NCBI GenBank assembly: GCA_963819695.1
Contig: CAWFXD010000002.1
Coordinates: forward strand, 503,142 to 567,141
DNA from: an uncultured Acidimicrobiaceae bacterium
GTDB taxonomy: Bacteria > Actinomycetota > Acidimicrobiia > Acidimicrobiales > RAAP-2
DNA length: 64,000 bases
Reading direction: 5' to 3'
Under the pieces are notes generated by a model. It did no database searches and was not told the DNA's origin. It worked only from the letters and a program-made list of their open reading frames with translations. Below, piece after piece: positions 20,649 to 31,189 of this stretch (its first letter is position 1; each line of letters starts with the position of its first letter). Made by a program: the position numbers and the translations under genes.

Positions 20649-20709
20649 CCAGCCAACACAGAATTGTCATTCGTTCCGCCAGCAATCAGTCAGCAGGCCG
20701 GGGGACGTT

Positions 20710-21084
20710 GTGGATAGGGTGGTGCCGATGACGATCGTCGAGTTAGCGGGGGGTGCTCGATTGGCTCTCCCGGAAGAGCCCGTCGAATTGAAGGTCGGTC
20801 TGCGCGATGCGTTGCTCGCCGGCCAGGATTGGCGCGACGGCTTGAGCGACGACGTCTGCATCGGAGTGTGGCTGTGGGGCGAATGGCAGCCGACCCTGGA
20901 GCCGGCCGGGATCACCCGGGACCAGTTCGTGGAACTGGTGACCGCCTACCGTCGCGAGCTCTGGCTGTGGTTGGTCGGCGACCGGATCTGGGCCCAGTTC
21001 ATCTCCGGCCTGGCCGGACGGGTGGCCCGGCGGATACCCGCGCTGGGTCTCGATGAACCGGCGGCGTCTCCCACCCATCAGTAG
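20710..21084 (+). CDS. Hypothetical protein (no recognisable family)
   Basis: Only an ORF with protein-like composition, 60 nt downstream of the FrhB-like gene. The start is uncertain (ATG 20728 is also possible). Confidence 0.4.
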   Translation: MDRVVPMTIVELAGGARLALPEEPVELKVGLRDALLAGQDWRDGLSDDVCIGVWLWGEWQPTLEPAGITRDQFVELVTAYRRELWLWLVGDRIWAQFISGLAGRVARRIPALGLDEPAASPTHQ

Positions 21085-21116
21085 CGGCCCGACCGGCCGG
21101 CACCGGAGGAACTCGG

Positions 21117-21848
21117 ATGGAGAAGCTGATCTACCTGCTGTGGGCGGGCGTCGCCCCGGAGTCGGGAGACCGGTTGCGGTCCCGATTGCTCGGGGAGACC
21201 GCCGACCGCCTGGTGGACAGCGGTGTCCGGGGGTTGGGGATCAATGTGCACGACGGAGCGGCAGCCCTGGCGCCGTCTCCCGCCCCTCCGCCGGACGGGG
21301 AGGCGCCCCATGTGGCTGAGGTGTCGGTGTGGCTCGACTGCTACGAGCGGCGGGCCGGGGTGGACGCCGCCATCGCCGAGGTCGGGCTGCCGTGGGCCGG
21401 CTACCTGGTGGTCGAATCGATCTACGACGACTACGGCACCACCCCCCACGCCGGGCCGAGGGACTGGGAGGACGGGAAACGGTCGCCGGGGGTGTTGACG
21501 GTGGCGCTCATCCACCGCCCTGCCGGTCTCGCCTACCGCGAATGGATCCGGCGCTGGCACGGAACCCAGTCGCCGGTATCCGGCGAACTGCAGCCGCGTA
21601 CCCGCTACGTCCGCAACGAGGTGGTGCGGCCGTTGACCGTCGGTGCCCCTGCCATCGATGGCATCGTCGAGGAAGGTTGGCCGTCGGCCGCCCATGTCGC
21701 CGACCCGATGCTGTTCTTCAACGCCGGGTCGCAGGAAGAGATGAACGCCAACATCTCCCGGATGCTCGAGAGCGTGACCGCCTGTCTCGACCTCGATCGG
21801 CTCCGGAGTGCCACCATGAGCGAGTACCTGCTCAAGTCGCTGACCTGA
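21117..21848 (+). CDS. Hypothetical protein, possibly a tandem EthD-like / dimeric alpha-beta-barrel fold
   Basis: An ORF of 243 aa starting MEKLIYLLWAG..., with a second similar half (VLTVALIHRPAGLAYREWIRRWHG...). The family assignment is from memory only. Confidence 0.45.
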   Translation: MEKLIYLLWAGVAPESGDRLRSRLLGETADRLVDSGVRGLGINVHDGAAALAPSPAPPPDGEAPHVAEVSVWLDCYERRAGVDAAIAEVGLPWAGYLVVESIYDDYGTTPHAGPRDWEDGKRSPGVLTVALIHRPAGLAYREWIRRWHGTQSPVSGELQPRTRYVRNEVVRPLTVGAPAIDGIVEEGWPSAAHVADPMLFFNAGSQEEMNANISRMLESVTACLDLDRLRSATMSEYLLKSLT

Positions 21849-21908
21849 CCACCGGACCCGCCGGGTGGCCGGGGAGGAGGCCGAGAACCGACCGGGTAGG
21901 GTGCGCCA

Positions 21909-22994
21909 ATGGCACTCTCCATCGGCATCGTGGGCCTCCCCAACGTGGGGAAGTCCACGCTGTTCAACGCCCTGACCCGCAACGACGTGCTGGCGGCCAA
22001 CTACCCGTTCGCCACCATCGATCCCAACGTCGGGGTCGTGGCGGTGCCCGATCCCCGCCTCGATCGCCTGGCCGAGCTGTTCGAGAGCAAGGAAATCATC
22101 CCGGCCACCGTCACCTTCGTGGACATTGCCGGGATCGTCAAGGGGGCATCGGTTGGCGAGGGTCTCGGCAACAAGTTCTTGGCCGCCATCCGGGAGAGCG
22201 ACGCCATCTGCCAGGTGGTGCGGGTTTTCACTGATCCCGATGTCATCCACGTGGACGGTCGGATCGACCCGGCCGACGATATCGCCACCATCAACACCGA
22301 GCTGATGCTGGCCGATCTGCAGACGATCGACAGCCGGCTGGTCAAGCTGGCCAAGGAAGCCCGGAAACAGGCGGATCTGGTGCCGGCGGTGCGGGAGGCG
22401 GAGAAGGCCAGGGAGATACTCGACTCAGGCCGGACCATCGCCTCGGCAGTGTCGGCCGGGGAGGTCAAGGCCGAGCTCCTGGCCGATCTGCACCTGTTGA
22501 GCGCCAAGCCGTTCATCTATGTGTTCAACGTCGACGAGGACGCGTTGGACGATGAGGGGTTGCGAGCTGAGCTGGCGGCACTGGTGGCCCCGGCCGAATC
22601 GGTGATCCTCTGCGCCCAGATCGAGGCGGAGGTGGCCTCTCTCGACGCCGCCGACGCCGCCGAGTTGCTGGCCGGTTACGGCCAGAGCGAGTCGGGCCTG
22701 GTGCAGTTGGTCCATGTGGGGTTCTCCACCCTCGGCCTCCAGACGTTCCTGACCGCCGGCCCGAAGGAGTCGCGGGCCTGGACCATCCACGTCGGCGACA
22801 CCGCCCCCCAGGCCGCCGGGACCATCCATACGGATTTCGAGCGGGGGTTCATCAAGGCGGAGATCGTCGGGTACGACGACCTGGTCGAGGCCGGCTCTCT
22901 GGCCGCGGTGCGGGCGGCGGGCAAGGCCCGGGTGGAGGGCAAGGACTACGTGATGCGCGACGGCGACGTGGTCGAATTCCGCTTCAACGTCTAG
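21909..22994 (+). CDS. ychF: Ribosome-binding ATPase YchF
   Basis: [30 protein letters not shown] and the C-terminal TGS-like GFIKAEIV...[17 protein letters not shown]. Confidence 0.95.
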   Translation: MALSIGIVGLPNVGKSTLFNALTRNDVLAANYPFATIDPNVGVVAVPDPRLDRLAELFESKEIIPATVTFVDIAGIVKGASVGEGLGNKFLAAIRESDAICQVVRVFTDPDVIHVDGRIDPADDIATINTELMLADLQTIDSRLVKLAKEARKQADLVPAVREAEKAREILDSGRTIASAVSAGEVKAELLADLHLLSAKPFIYVFNVDEDALDDEGLRAELAALVAPAESVILCAQIEAEVASLDAADAAELLAGYGQSESGLVQLVHVGFSTLGLQTFLTAGPKESRAWTIHVGDTAPQAAGTIHTDFERGFIKAEIVGYDDLVEAGSLAAVRAAGKARVEGKDYVMRDGDVVEFRFNV

Positions 22995-23307
22995 GGGAGT
23001 CCAATGGGCCAGGTGGGGGCCTTGGGCACCCCCTGCACCGACGTCCAAGACGCGTCGGGACTTTGGTCCCTAGCTGGCCGAATTGCTGGTCTGGCACACT
23101 GAGTCATACATCTTGCGCAGTCTGGAGGTGTGAAACGGGTAGGGGCCTGAGAGGTTCCACGGAATCACGTTGCCGGATCGTGGATCTTCCAGCCTGATTC
23201 GAGCTAACGAAGTCAGTCTCGTTGCAGGTTCACCGATCACGGTGATGTCAAAGAGTTGGATTCCAACCCGATGAACAGCGATCTGGCACAAACGGGGAAG
23301 CGATCTG

Positions 23308-24927
23308 GTGCTACCGGGAGGAACGAAGGCTAGCCAGAACAACGGGACGGCCGACCACCAGCGATCGGGTTCGGTAGTGACCGCGAGCCGCAGGCGACCC
23401 TCGGTCCTGACCTTGGCCGTTGTTGTTGTCTTGGCCGTCGTGTCGGTGGTCGGGTTTGTGTTCACCAAGCGCAACACCGATCAACAGGAACAGGCACTCC
23501 TCCAAAGCAATACCGGCCAAGCCGCCGCCTATGTATCGGAGATCTTCTCGGCTATTGCCGACGACCTCACCTCGGCGGCTGCCATCGTGACTTCGACCAA
23601 CGGATCCCCGACCGCTTTCGAAAAAGCCGAGCCGTCTACACCGCCTTTGGTTCTTCTCCTGGTCAAGAAGACCGGCGCCGACTATGTCGTGTCTGCGGGC
23701 TCGGGCTCCGGCTTCCAGCCCGGCCAGACCCTTCAGGGAGGCGCCCTGTCCACGGTGGCACAGGCCGGGTCCAAGTTCAACGCAGGTCCGGTCACCTACG
23801 ACGGCAAGCTGAGCACGGCACGATTTGCCATCGGGGGGACGGCGGTGCCCGCTGGCCTGGTCATCTACGAACAGTTCTCCCTCAACCCGTTCACCGCGAC
23901 TCCGGTGACGACCGGGAAGCCTTTTGCACAACTCAAGGTCGCGCTGTACGGCGCTGGACCGATTAGCATGCAACAACCTCCTGGTAAGTACCAGCAGTTC
24001 GCTGCCCCTCAGCGGTTCGGTGGCGCGCAGCATGCCTCCGTAGGGAGCTCGCAATGGACGCTCGTGGCGGTGGCCCGCAGCCCCTTCATCGGAGGGTTCG
24101 CCAGGTACTCTTCAATTATCGTTCTCGTCCTCGGTCTGGTGATGGCCCTTATCATCGGGATCGCCATCGAGATCCTCGTTCGACGACAGCGCTATGCCGA
24201 AGCACTGGTCGATGAGCGCACCCAGGAACTGACCAGATCCCAGGCCGCGTTGGTTCGCCGGGAGCGACTCTCTGCCGTTGGAGAGATGGCGACGGTGATC
24301 GGGCACGAATTGCGTAACCCGCTGGGAGCGGCCATCAACTTGCTCTACCTGGCCCGCAACCGGGTCGCCGACCGCGACGACCCCGAACTCAACGGCTACC
24401 TGGTTCGGGCGGAGCGGGAGACGAACCGAGCCGCCGCCTTGTGTGAAGATCTCACTTCCTACATGCGCGAACGCCAACCCGTCTTCGTGAACCTCAACCT
24501 TGGTACGGTGGTGGCTGAAGTCCTCGAATCGACCCCGCCACCAGCCGGGATCGACGTTTCGGTACAGGACAACGGTGTTGACGTACAGGCTGACAGCGCC
24601 CAGCTCGTACAGATGCTCACAAATGTCATCGACAATGCGTATCAGGCCATGCCCGATGGGGGTTCGCTGCGCATAGCTGGTTCCCGGAACAATGGCGTTG
24701 TCGAGATCACCATGGAGGACACCGGAGTTGGCATTGACCCCACGGTTGCTGATCGGCTTACCGAACCCTTCTTCACCACCAAGCCGGTCGGAACCGGCCT
24801 CGGATTGGCTATCGTCCAGCGCTTCGCCAATGGCCATGGCGGCACCGTCATGATCGAGAATGGCGTCGAAAGTGGGGCGCGTGTGACCATCCGACTACCA
24901 AACGCCACCACCGAGGTGACACGATGA
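23308..24927 (+). CDS. Sensor histidine kinase with ~250-aa extracytoplasmic domain
   Basis: A TM helix (LTLAVVVVLAVVSVVGFVF), a second TM (IIVLVLGLVMALIIGIAIEILV), HisKA (ERLSAVGEMATVIGHELRNPL) and HATPase N/G boxes (NVIDNAYQAM, DTGVGI, GTGLGLAIV). Confidence 0.85.
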   Translation: MLPGGTKASQNNGTADHQRSGSVVTASRRRPSVLTLAVVVVLAVVSVVGFVFTKRNTDQQEQALLQSNTGQAAAYVSEIFSAIADDLTSAAAIVTSTNGSPTAFEKAEPSTPPLVLLLVKKTGADYVVSAGSGSGFQPGQTLQGGALSTVAQAGSKFNAGPVTYDGKLSTARFAIGGTAVPAGLVIYEQFSLNPFTATPVTTGKPFAQLKVALYGAGPISMQQPPGKYQQFAAPQRFGGAQHASVGSSQWTLVAVARSPFIGGFARYSSIIVLVLGLVMALIIGIAIEILVRRQRYAEALVDERTQELTRSQAALVRRERLSAVGEMATVIGHELRNPLGAAINLLYLARNRVADRDDPELNGYLVRAERETNRAAALCEDLTSYMRERQPVFVNLNLGTVVAEVLESTPPPAGIDVSVQDNGVDVQADSAQLVQMLTNVIDNAYQAMPDGGSLRIAGSRNNGVVEITMEDTGVGIDPTVADRLTEPFFTTKPVGTGLGLAIVQRFANGHGGTVMIENGVESGARVTIRLPNATTEVTR

Positions 24928-25310
24928 TCGATGACGTCAAGGTCCTCGTACTGGTGGCCGATGACAACGATGGCATCCGGAACACCACGGCCGCGATCCT
25001 GCGGGACGTCGGGTACACGGTGACCGAGGCACCGGATGGGGAGGCGGCTCTGGAGGCACTCAGCCAGGAGGCGTTCGATGTTGCTCTGCTCGACGTACGG
25101 ATGCCCAAACTGGACGGCATTTCGGTGGTGACTGATTTGGATCCTGAACCTCCACCGCCGGTGATCGTGATGGTCTCGGCCTACGACTTTGGCGCCGACC
25201 TCCGACAGCATCTCGGTCGGCGAGTCTTCAAGTATCTGAAGAAACCGGTTCCGCCGAAAGAGCTGATCGATGTCGTGTTCTCCGCCTCTGAGGGGATAGT
25301 GAGATCCTGA
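24924..25310 (+). CDS. Single-domain response regulator (REC only)
   Basis: The ATG overlaps the kinase stop (ATGA). Motifs: VLVADDNDG, LLDVRMPKLDG, MVSA and YLKKP. Confidence 0.85.
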   Translation: MIDDVKVLVLVADDNDGIRNTTAAILRDVGYTVTEAPDGEAALEALSQEAFDVALLDVRMPKLDGISVVTDLDPEPPPPVIVMVSAYDFGADLRQHLGRRVFKYLKKPVPPKELIDVVFSASEGIVRS

Positions 25311-25375
25311 ACCCGGGTGATGGGTCGATGAGGCTTTCGCGTTGTCGAGCCGTCGAGGACGTTAGGTAATGTTTC

Positions 25376-28357
25376 GTGGAATCCGGAATTGATAGTGGCG
25401 GGATAGCGCCCGCGACCGCCTCACCCCTCGGTGACGTTTGGAACCAGCGCGAATCCGGCGAGCCAAGCCAACGCGGATCGAGTCGGGTGCGTGCTCCTCA
25501 ACCCCCCGGGGACGTAGTGCCTATGATTCGGGAGGTGCATCCCGAGGGGATTTCCGCGGACGGGCTCCAGCCGAAGGTCCTGTTGGTCGACGATGACGGC
25601 GAACCGCGGACCGCGATTCGGAGAGGGCTCGACGTCGCGGGGTGGACTGTTTCGGAAGCATCCACCGGGACGGAGGCCATCGCCATGGCCTCTGAAGGCC
25701 AACCGGATGTGATCGTCCTCGATCTCGGCCCGCCCGATTCCGACCGGCGTTGGGTGCTGGCGGAATTGAAATCATCGGTCGAAACGGAATGGATCCCGGT
25801 GGTGACGGTTTCGGACCGGGGGGAACGGTCGACGGTGAGCAACCTGTTGCGGGAGGGAGCCGAGGACTTCATTCAGAAACCCATTTCGCTGGACGAGCTG
25901 GAGGCCCGGCTCGTCGCCGCACGGCGAGTGACGATCGCGCACCGGAAGTCGCTGGTGAGCGAGAGCCGGTACCGACAGCTGGTCGACCTTGCCGCCGAAG
26001 CAATCTTTTCGATTGACACCGAGGGGACTGTGACGTTCGTCAACCGTGCCGCTGCCGACATGCTCGGGAGAGATCAGGGCGAAATCGTCGGGCGGCACGT
26101 CTTCGATTTCATGGACGAAGAAGCTCAGGCAGCTACGGAAGGGAACGACGAAGCGCGCCGGGCGGGCCAACTCGGTTCCTACGAAACCCGGTTGCTCGAT
26201 GCCGAGGGAGGAACGATCTGGGTCCAGGTGGAGGCTTCCCCGCTTTACGACCCGGCAGGCGGCTACACCGGAAGTGTCGTGATGGCCACGAATCTGACCT
26301 CCCGGCGCGCCGCCGAGCAGTCTCTCCGGGTGAGCGAAGCCAGATTCAGATCGACGTTCGAACGCGGGCCATCCGGGATCGCCGAGATCGCCGTCGACGG
26401 CCGCTTCGTGCACGTGAACCCGGCGCTGTGCGAGATCCTCGGCTATTCCGCTGAGCAACTCACGGCGATGACGCTTGCCGACGTCTGTCACCCGGACGAC
26501 GACGAGCTGCTTGTCCAGCCACCCGTCGATCAGACTCATCAAAGTGGTACCGAACCGCAGCTGGCGCCATCCGAGCAATTCCATGCCGAGCGACGTCTGG
26601 TACATGCGGAGGGGAAGCTCGTCTGGTGTGATGTCAGCGGGTCTGCGGTGTTCGAGTCTGATGGCACCTTCGCCTATTTCGTGGTGCACTTCGTCGACGT
26701 CACCGACCAGAAGGAATTCGAGCGCTCGCTGGTCAGGTCGGAGGAACGCTGGAGAATCGCTTTCGATCTTGCGCCGGTCGGCCTGGCGGAGCTGTCGCTG
26801 GACGGCCACTTCATCCAAGTCAACCCCGCGCTGTCGGAGATCCTCGGCTACACGGCCAGACAGCTCCGGGCCATGACCGCCGCCGAGGTCAGCCATCCCG
26901 ATGATGTAGACGTGATCCGTCAAATCATGGCCGAGTTACCCCGTCTCGATATCGAGGATTTCAACTTCACCAGGCGGTTCATCCATGCGCTCGGGAAGGT
27001 CGTCTGGTGCGTCGTCAGAGCGGCCCGGATCCACGGCACCGACGGGGCCGCCGATCACTATCTGGTCGGATATCTCGACATCACGGATCGAAAAGAATTC
27101 GAGAGCCAGTTGGAGGAGATGGCAGAACAGGCGAATGAGGCGTCTCAGCTCAAGTCGAATTTTCTGGCCAACATGAGCCACGAGATTCGCACGCCGATGA
27201 ACGGCGTCATCGGGATGTCCGAGCTTCTACTCGAGACCGACCTCGATTCCATTCAGCGTGACTATGCCGAGACCGTGCATAGCTCGGGTGAGGCACTGCT
27301 GACCGTCATCAACGACATCCTCGACTTCTCCAAGATCGAAGCCGGCAAGGTGGAGATCGAGGACGTCGAATTCAGCGTGACCACCATCGTCGAAAGTGTC
27401 GTGGACCTGCTGGCGCGAACTGCGGAGGCCAAGGGGCTGGAGTTGGTGGCGTCGGTCGATGGCTCGGTTCCGGCCACGGTCACCGGCGACCCGGCTCGGG
27501 TGCGCCAGGTCCTGATCAATCTTGTCGGCAATGCCATCAAATTCACCCAGGCCGGGCACATTGCCGTCCGGGCCACCAAGGGCGAGTCCGTGGGTGCTCA
27601 TTCCGTTCTCCGATTTGAGGTGTCCGACACGGGAGAAGGGATACCCGCCGAAAAGCTCGATCTGATTTTCCATCCTTTCGTTCAAGCGGACATGTCGACG
27701 TCCAGGAAGTTCGGGGGTACTGGCCTGGGGCTGTCGATCAGTGGCCAACTTATCGGGCTGATGGGAGGTGGCTGCGGCGTATCGAGCGAAGTTGGAGTCG
27801 GAAGCACATTCTGGTTCACGATAAAGGTCGGCACGGATGGCGTGGCGAAACGCGGGTTGATGTCAGCTGAGGCCACCCCGAAGCCGTCGGACCCGGTCCT
27901 CGATGCGGTATCGACCCCATCTCCTTCGAATGCGGATGATTCCGGGGAGGGCTGGCTGCTGCTGGCCGAAGACAATCTCATCAACCAAAAGGTTGCGGTC
28001 GGCATGCTCTCCAGCGCCGGGTATCGGGTCGATACCGTGCTCAACGGTGCCGAGGCGGTCAAGGCGGTGGCCGACGGGGCCTACGACGCGGTATTGATGG
28101 ACTGCCAGATGCCGGATCTGAACGGCTACGACGCGACGGCGGCCATCCGGGCGCTCAAGAGCCCCAGCCGGTTCATTCCAATCATCGGGGTCACCGCGGG
28201 TGCGCGGCAGGAGGACCGTCGGCGTTGCCTGGACGCGGGTATGGACGCCTATATTTCCAAGCCGGTGATCAAGGACGCCCTGGTGGCCTTGGTGGAAAGG
28301 ATCGTCAAGAGCCGACCAGTCATCGAGGATGCAACCGATGGCGGTGGCCTCGGCTAG
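25376..28357 (+). CDS. Hybrid sensor kinase: REC - 3x PAS - HisKA - HATPase - REC
   Basis: N-terminal REC ([10 protein letters not shown]...[10 protein letters not shown]...FIQKP). Three PAS-like repeats ([41 protein letters not shown]). [13 protein letters not shown], HATPase ([21 protein letters not shown]) and a C-terminal REC ([11 protein letters not shown]...[12 protein letters not shown]...YISKP). An alternative ATG start is at 25523. Confidence 0.85.
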   Translation: MESGIDSGGIAPATASPLGDVWNQRESGEPSQRGSSRVRAPQPPGDVVPMIREVHPEGISADGLQPKVLLVDDDGEPRTAIRRGLDVAGWTVSEASTGTEAIAMASEGQPDVIVLDLGPPDSDRRWVLAELKSSVETEWIPVVTVSDRGERSTVSNLLREGAEDFIQKPISLDELEARLVAARRVTIAHRKSLVSESRYRQLVDLAAEAIFSIDTEGTVTFVNRAAADMLGRDQGEIVGRHVFDFMDEEAQAATEGNDEARRAGQLGSYETRLLDAEGGTIWVQVEASPLYDPAGGYTGSVVMATNLTSRRAAEQSLRVSEARFRSTFERGPSGIAEIAVDGRFVHVNPALCEILGYSAEQLTAMTLADVCHPDDDELLVQPPVDQTHQSGTEPQLAPSEQFHAERRLVHAEGKLVWCDVSGSAVFESDGTFAYFVVHFVDVTDQKEFERSLVRSEERWRIAFDLAPVGLAELSLDGHFIQVNPALSEILGYTARQLRAMTAAEVSHPDDVDVIRQIMAELPRLDIEDFNFTRRFIHALGKVVWCVVRAARIHGTDGAADHYLVGYLDITDRKEFESQLEEMAEQANEASQLKSNFLANMSHEIRTPMNGVIGMSELLLETDLDSIQRDYAETVHSSGEALLTVINDILDFSKIEAGKVEIEDVEFSVTTIVESVVDLLARTAEAKGLELVASVDGSVPATVTGDPARVRQVLINLVGNAIKFTQAGHIAVRATKGESVGAHSVLRFEVSDTGEGIPAEKLDLIFHPFVQADMSTSRKFGGTGLGLSISGQLIGLMGGGCGVSSEVGVGSTFWFTIKVGTDGVAKRGLMSAEATPKPSDPVLDAVSTPSPSNADDSGEGWLLLAEDNLINQKVAVGMLSSAGYRVDTVLNGAEAVKAVADGAYDAVLMDCQMPDLNGYDATAAIRALKSPSRFIPIIGVTAGARQEDRRRCLDAGMDAYISKPVIKDALVALVERIVKSRPVIEDATDGGGLG

Positions 28358-28371
28358 ACCGGCCAGGCAGA

Positions 28372-29601
28372 ATGGAGCGTATGGACTTCGCGTTCTCGCC
28401 CAAGGTGGAAGAACTACGCCAGCGGTTGCTGGACTTCATGGACAACCGCGTCTATCCGGCGGAGCCGGTGTATGCCGGGCAGGTCGCGGAGTCCGGCAAA
28501 CCGTATTACCACGCACCCATCATCGAAGAGTTGAAAGCCGAGGCACGCAGCCAGGGGTTGTGGAACCTCTTCTTGCCTAACGGGGAATGGGGTGCCGGGC
28601 TGTCCAACCTCGAGTACGCGCCGCTGGCCGAGGTCACTGGTCATAGTCCGTCTCTCGCCCCGGAGGCGCTCAATTGCTCAGCGCCGGACACCGGCAACAT
28701 GGAGCTGCTGGCGGAATTCGGAACTCCGTTGCAGCGGGACCAGTGGCTGGTCCCGCTCCTGGCCGGAGAGATCCGATCCTGTTTTGGAATGACCGAGCCC
28801 GACGTGGCGAGCTCGGACGCCACCAATATTCGCACCCGCGTCGAGCGCGACGGCAGCGAGTACGTCATCAACGGCCGGAAGTGGTGGACCACCGGGGCAA
28901 TGAGCGATCGTTGCAAGCTGTGCATCGTCATGGGCGTCACCGACCCGAACGCCGACCCGTATCACCGCCAGAGCATGATCCTGGTTCCCCTCGACGCTCC
29001 CGGTGTCACGGTGGTCAGACCTCTGTCGGTGTTCGGCTACGAGGAGGGTGGGGGCGATGCCGAGGTCCTGTTCGAAAACGTGCGGGTCCCGGTCACCAGC
29101 CTGCTCGGCGAAGAGGGCAGCGGCTTCGCGCTGGCCCAGGCCCGACTCGGACCTGGCCGCATCCACCACTGCATGCGCGCCATCGGCATGGCCGAACGGG
29201 CGTTCGATCTCCTGTGCCGACGGGCCCAGACCCGGGAGGCGTTCGGCAAGCGCCTGGCCGAACAGGGAGTGGTCGGCGACATGATCGCCGAATCACGGAT
29301 CGAGATCGAGCAGGCCCGACTACTCGTGCTCAAGACCGCGTGGTTGATGGATACCGTGGGAAACAAGGGGGCACGTGTCGAGATCTCCGCCATCAAGGTC
29401 ATCGCCCCCCGGGTGGCGTGCCAGGTGATCGATCGGGCCATCCAGGTGCACGGTGGGGCCGGGGTTTCCCAGGACTTCCCCCTGGCCCGGATGTACTCGG
29501 CCGCCCGTACCCTTCGGATTGCCGACGGTCCCGACGAGGTGCACAAGATGACCATCGCTCGACGCGAGCTTCGACGATTCGAGGCCAGCCCGGCGGCCTG
29601 A
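28372..29601 (+). CDS. Acyl-CoA dehydrogenase
   Basis: [19 protein letters not shown]..., [24 protein letters not shown] and the C-terminal IADGPDEVH. The ORF-track 5' extension to 28225 overlaps the kinase gene. Confidence 0.9.
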   Translation: MERMDFAFSPKVEELRQRLLDFMDNRVYPAEPVYAGQVAESGKPYYHAPIIEELKAEARSQGLWNLFLPNGEWGAGLSNLEYAPLAEVTGHSPSLAPEALNCSAPDTGNMELLAEFGTPLQRDQWLVPLLAGEIRSCFGMTEPDVASSDATNIRTRVERDGSEYVINGRKWWTTGAMSDRCKLCIVMGVTDPNADPYHRQSMILVPLDAPGVTVVRPLSVFGYEEGGGDAEVLFENVRVPVTSLLGEEGSGFALAQARLGPGRIHHCMRAIGMAERAFDLLCRRAQTREAFGKRLAEQGVVGDMIAESRIEIEQARLLVLKTAWLMDTVGNKGARVEISAIKVIAPRVACQVIDRAIQVHGGAGVSQDFPLARMYSAARTLRIADGPDEVHKMTIARRELRRFEASPAA

Positions 29602-29614
29602 GTCGCAGCTCAGG

Positions 29615-31189
29615 TCAGAGCAGCGACGGAATGATGGCCTCGATGACGCTGGGCCCGGGCGTGGCCAGGGCTTTGGCCAACTGGTCGCTGAATTCATCGG
29701 CGGTCTCGGCGCGGGCGGCGTAAAGGCCCATGCCGGTGGCCAGTTGGACGAAGTCGATGTCCGGTCGACCGAGGTCGAGCATGTCCCGTGCCCGGGGCCC
29801 GGGGGCTTCTGCCCCGACCCGGTCCAACTCCATGTTCAGGACCGCGTAGGAGTGGTTGTTGAGGAGCACGGTGGTTACGTCGAGGCTCTCACGGGCCATG
29901 GTCCACCACGCCTGCAGGGTGTACATGGCACTTCCGTCCGCCTCGAGGGCCACGACCCGCCTCCCCGGTGAGGCAACCGCGGCCCCGACCGCCACCGGGA
30001 GGCCCTGGCCGATGGCCCCACCCGTCAGGCAGAGCCAGTCATGCGGCGGAGCTCCGGCCGTGGAACCCGGGGCGAACAGGCCCGAGGTGTTCCCCTCGTC
30101 GGACACGATGGCCCCTTCGGGGAGGAGGGCCCCGAGGGCATCGCACACACTGGTGGCGGTGAGCGGACCGGTGGGGAGAGCCGGCGTCCGAGACTCCTGG
30201 CGGGGGGCATTCCCGCCGGAAACGTCGAGCAGAGCGCCGAGTGCCTCTACCGCAACATCGACATCGTCGGCCGGCCCGGCGGCAAGGTGAACCGTGCAGC
30301 CTTCGGGGACCAGGTCACTGGCCTTGCCGGGGTAGGCAAAGAAGGAGACGGGCGGCTTGGCATCCACCAGTACCAGGTGCCGGATACCGTCGAGTTGCAT
30401 GGCGGTGAACTCGGCGAGGTAGGCCAATCGCTCCACCGGTGGGCGTCCGGCGCCCCGTTCGAGTCGGGCCGGGAACGTCTCGGCCAGCAGTTTGGCCCCG
30501 GTGGCGGCGGAGATGTCCGCCACGGTGTCCAACGCGTTCCCCGAGCAGGCCCGTCCGCCGATCAGGATGGCCGACGGCTCTCCCGACCGCAACGCGTTGG
30601 CCGCGGCCTTCAGGTCGTCCTCGACCGGCGCGGCGCCATGGGCACCGACCGGTTGACCCGTCGCCGCGCGCCGGCCGGCCACTTGGCCGCCCTCCGACCA
30701 CGAAACATCGGCCGGCAGGATGAGGGTGGCCACGGAACCGGGGGGCCCCACCGCCGCGGTCAGGGCGTCGAGGGCATCGTCGCTCAGCCGGGCCGTGGAC
30801 TCCGACGTGCGCACGAACGACGACACGTTCCGGGCCACCGTCTCGATGTCCGATTGGAGCTGGGCGTCATACTTCCGGTGGTAGGTGGCATGGTCGCCCA
30901 CGATGTTCATCACCGGGCTGTTGGCCCGACGAGCGTTGTGCAGGTTGGCCAAACCGTTGCCGAGCCCCGGACCGAGGTGGAGAAGGGTGGCGGCGGGTCG
31001 TCCGGCCATCCGTGCATAGCCGTCGGCGGCACCGGTGGCCACCCCTTCGAACAGGGCCAGCACGCTGCGCATGCCGGGGACGTCGTCGAGGGCGGCGACG
31101 AAGTGCATCTCCGAGGTGCCGGGGTTCATGAAGCAGGTATCGACACCCTGCTCGACGAGGGTGCGGATCAGCGCCTGGGCTCCGTTCAT
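29615..31189 (-). CDS. Thiamine-diphosphate-dependent enzyme, acetolactate-synthase-large-subunit-like
   Basis: MNGAQALIRTLVEQGVDTCFMNPGTSEMHF..., GVATGAADGYAR and the TPP motif GGAIGQGLP...EADGSAMY...LLNN. Confidence 0.85.
   Translation of the reverse strand: MNGAQALIRTLVEQGVDTCFMNPGTSEMHFVAALDDVPGMRSVLALFEGVATGAADGYARMAGRPAATLLHLGPGLGNGLANLHNARRANSPVMNIVGDHATYHRKYDAQLQSDIETVARNVSSFVRTSESTARLSDDALDALTAAVGPPGSVATLILPADVSWSEGGQVAGRRAATGQPVGAHGAAPVEDDLKAAANALRSGEPSAILIGGRACSGNALDTVADISAATGAKLLAETFPARLERGAGRPPVERLAYLAEFTAMQLDGIRHLVLVDAKPPVSFFAYPGKASDLVPEGCTVHLAAGPADDVDVAVEALGALLDVSGGNAPRQESRTPALPTGPLTATSVCDALGALLPEGAIVSDEGNTSGLFAPGSTAGAPPHDWLCLTGGAIGQGLPVAVGAAVASPGRRVVALEADGSAMYTLQAWWTMARESLDVTTVLLNNHSYAVLNMELDRVGAEAPGPRARDMLDLGRPDIDFVQLATGMGLYAARAETADEFSDQLAKALATPGPSVIEAIIPSLL

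Noticed and set aside
23015-23033. Terminator hairpin after ychF (GGGGGCC-ttg-GG(ca)CCCCC)
   Set aside because: The stem is bulged with a 3-nt loop and no U-tract. It is too weak to report as a feature.
23070-23477. 135-aa minus-strand ORF as a gene
   Set aside because: Its 5' half is antisense to the start of the sensor kinase gene and is Thr/Ala-rich with no protein-like pattern. Only the 3' ~73 codons lie in intergenic DNA and they lack an RBS. It is reported only as a low-interest observation.
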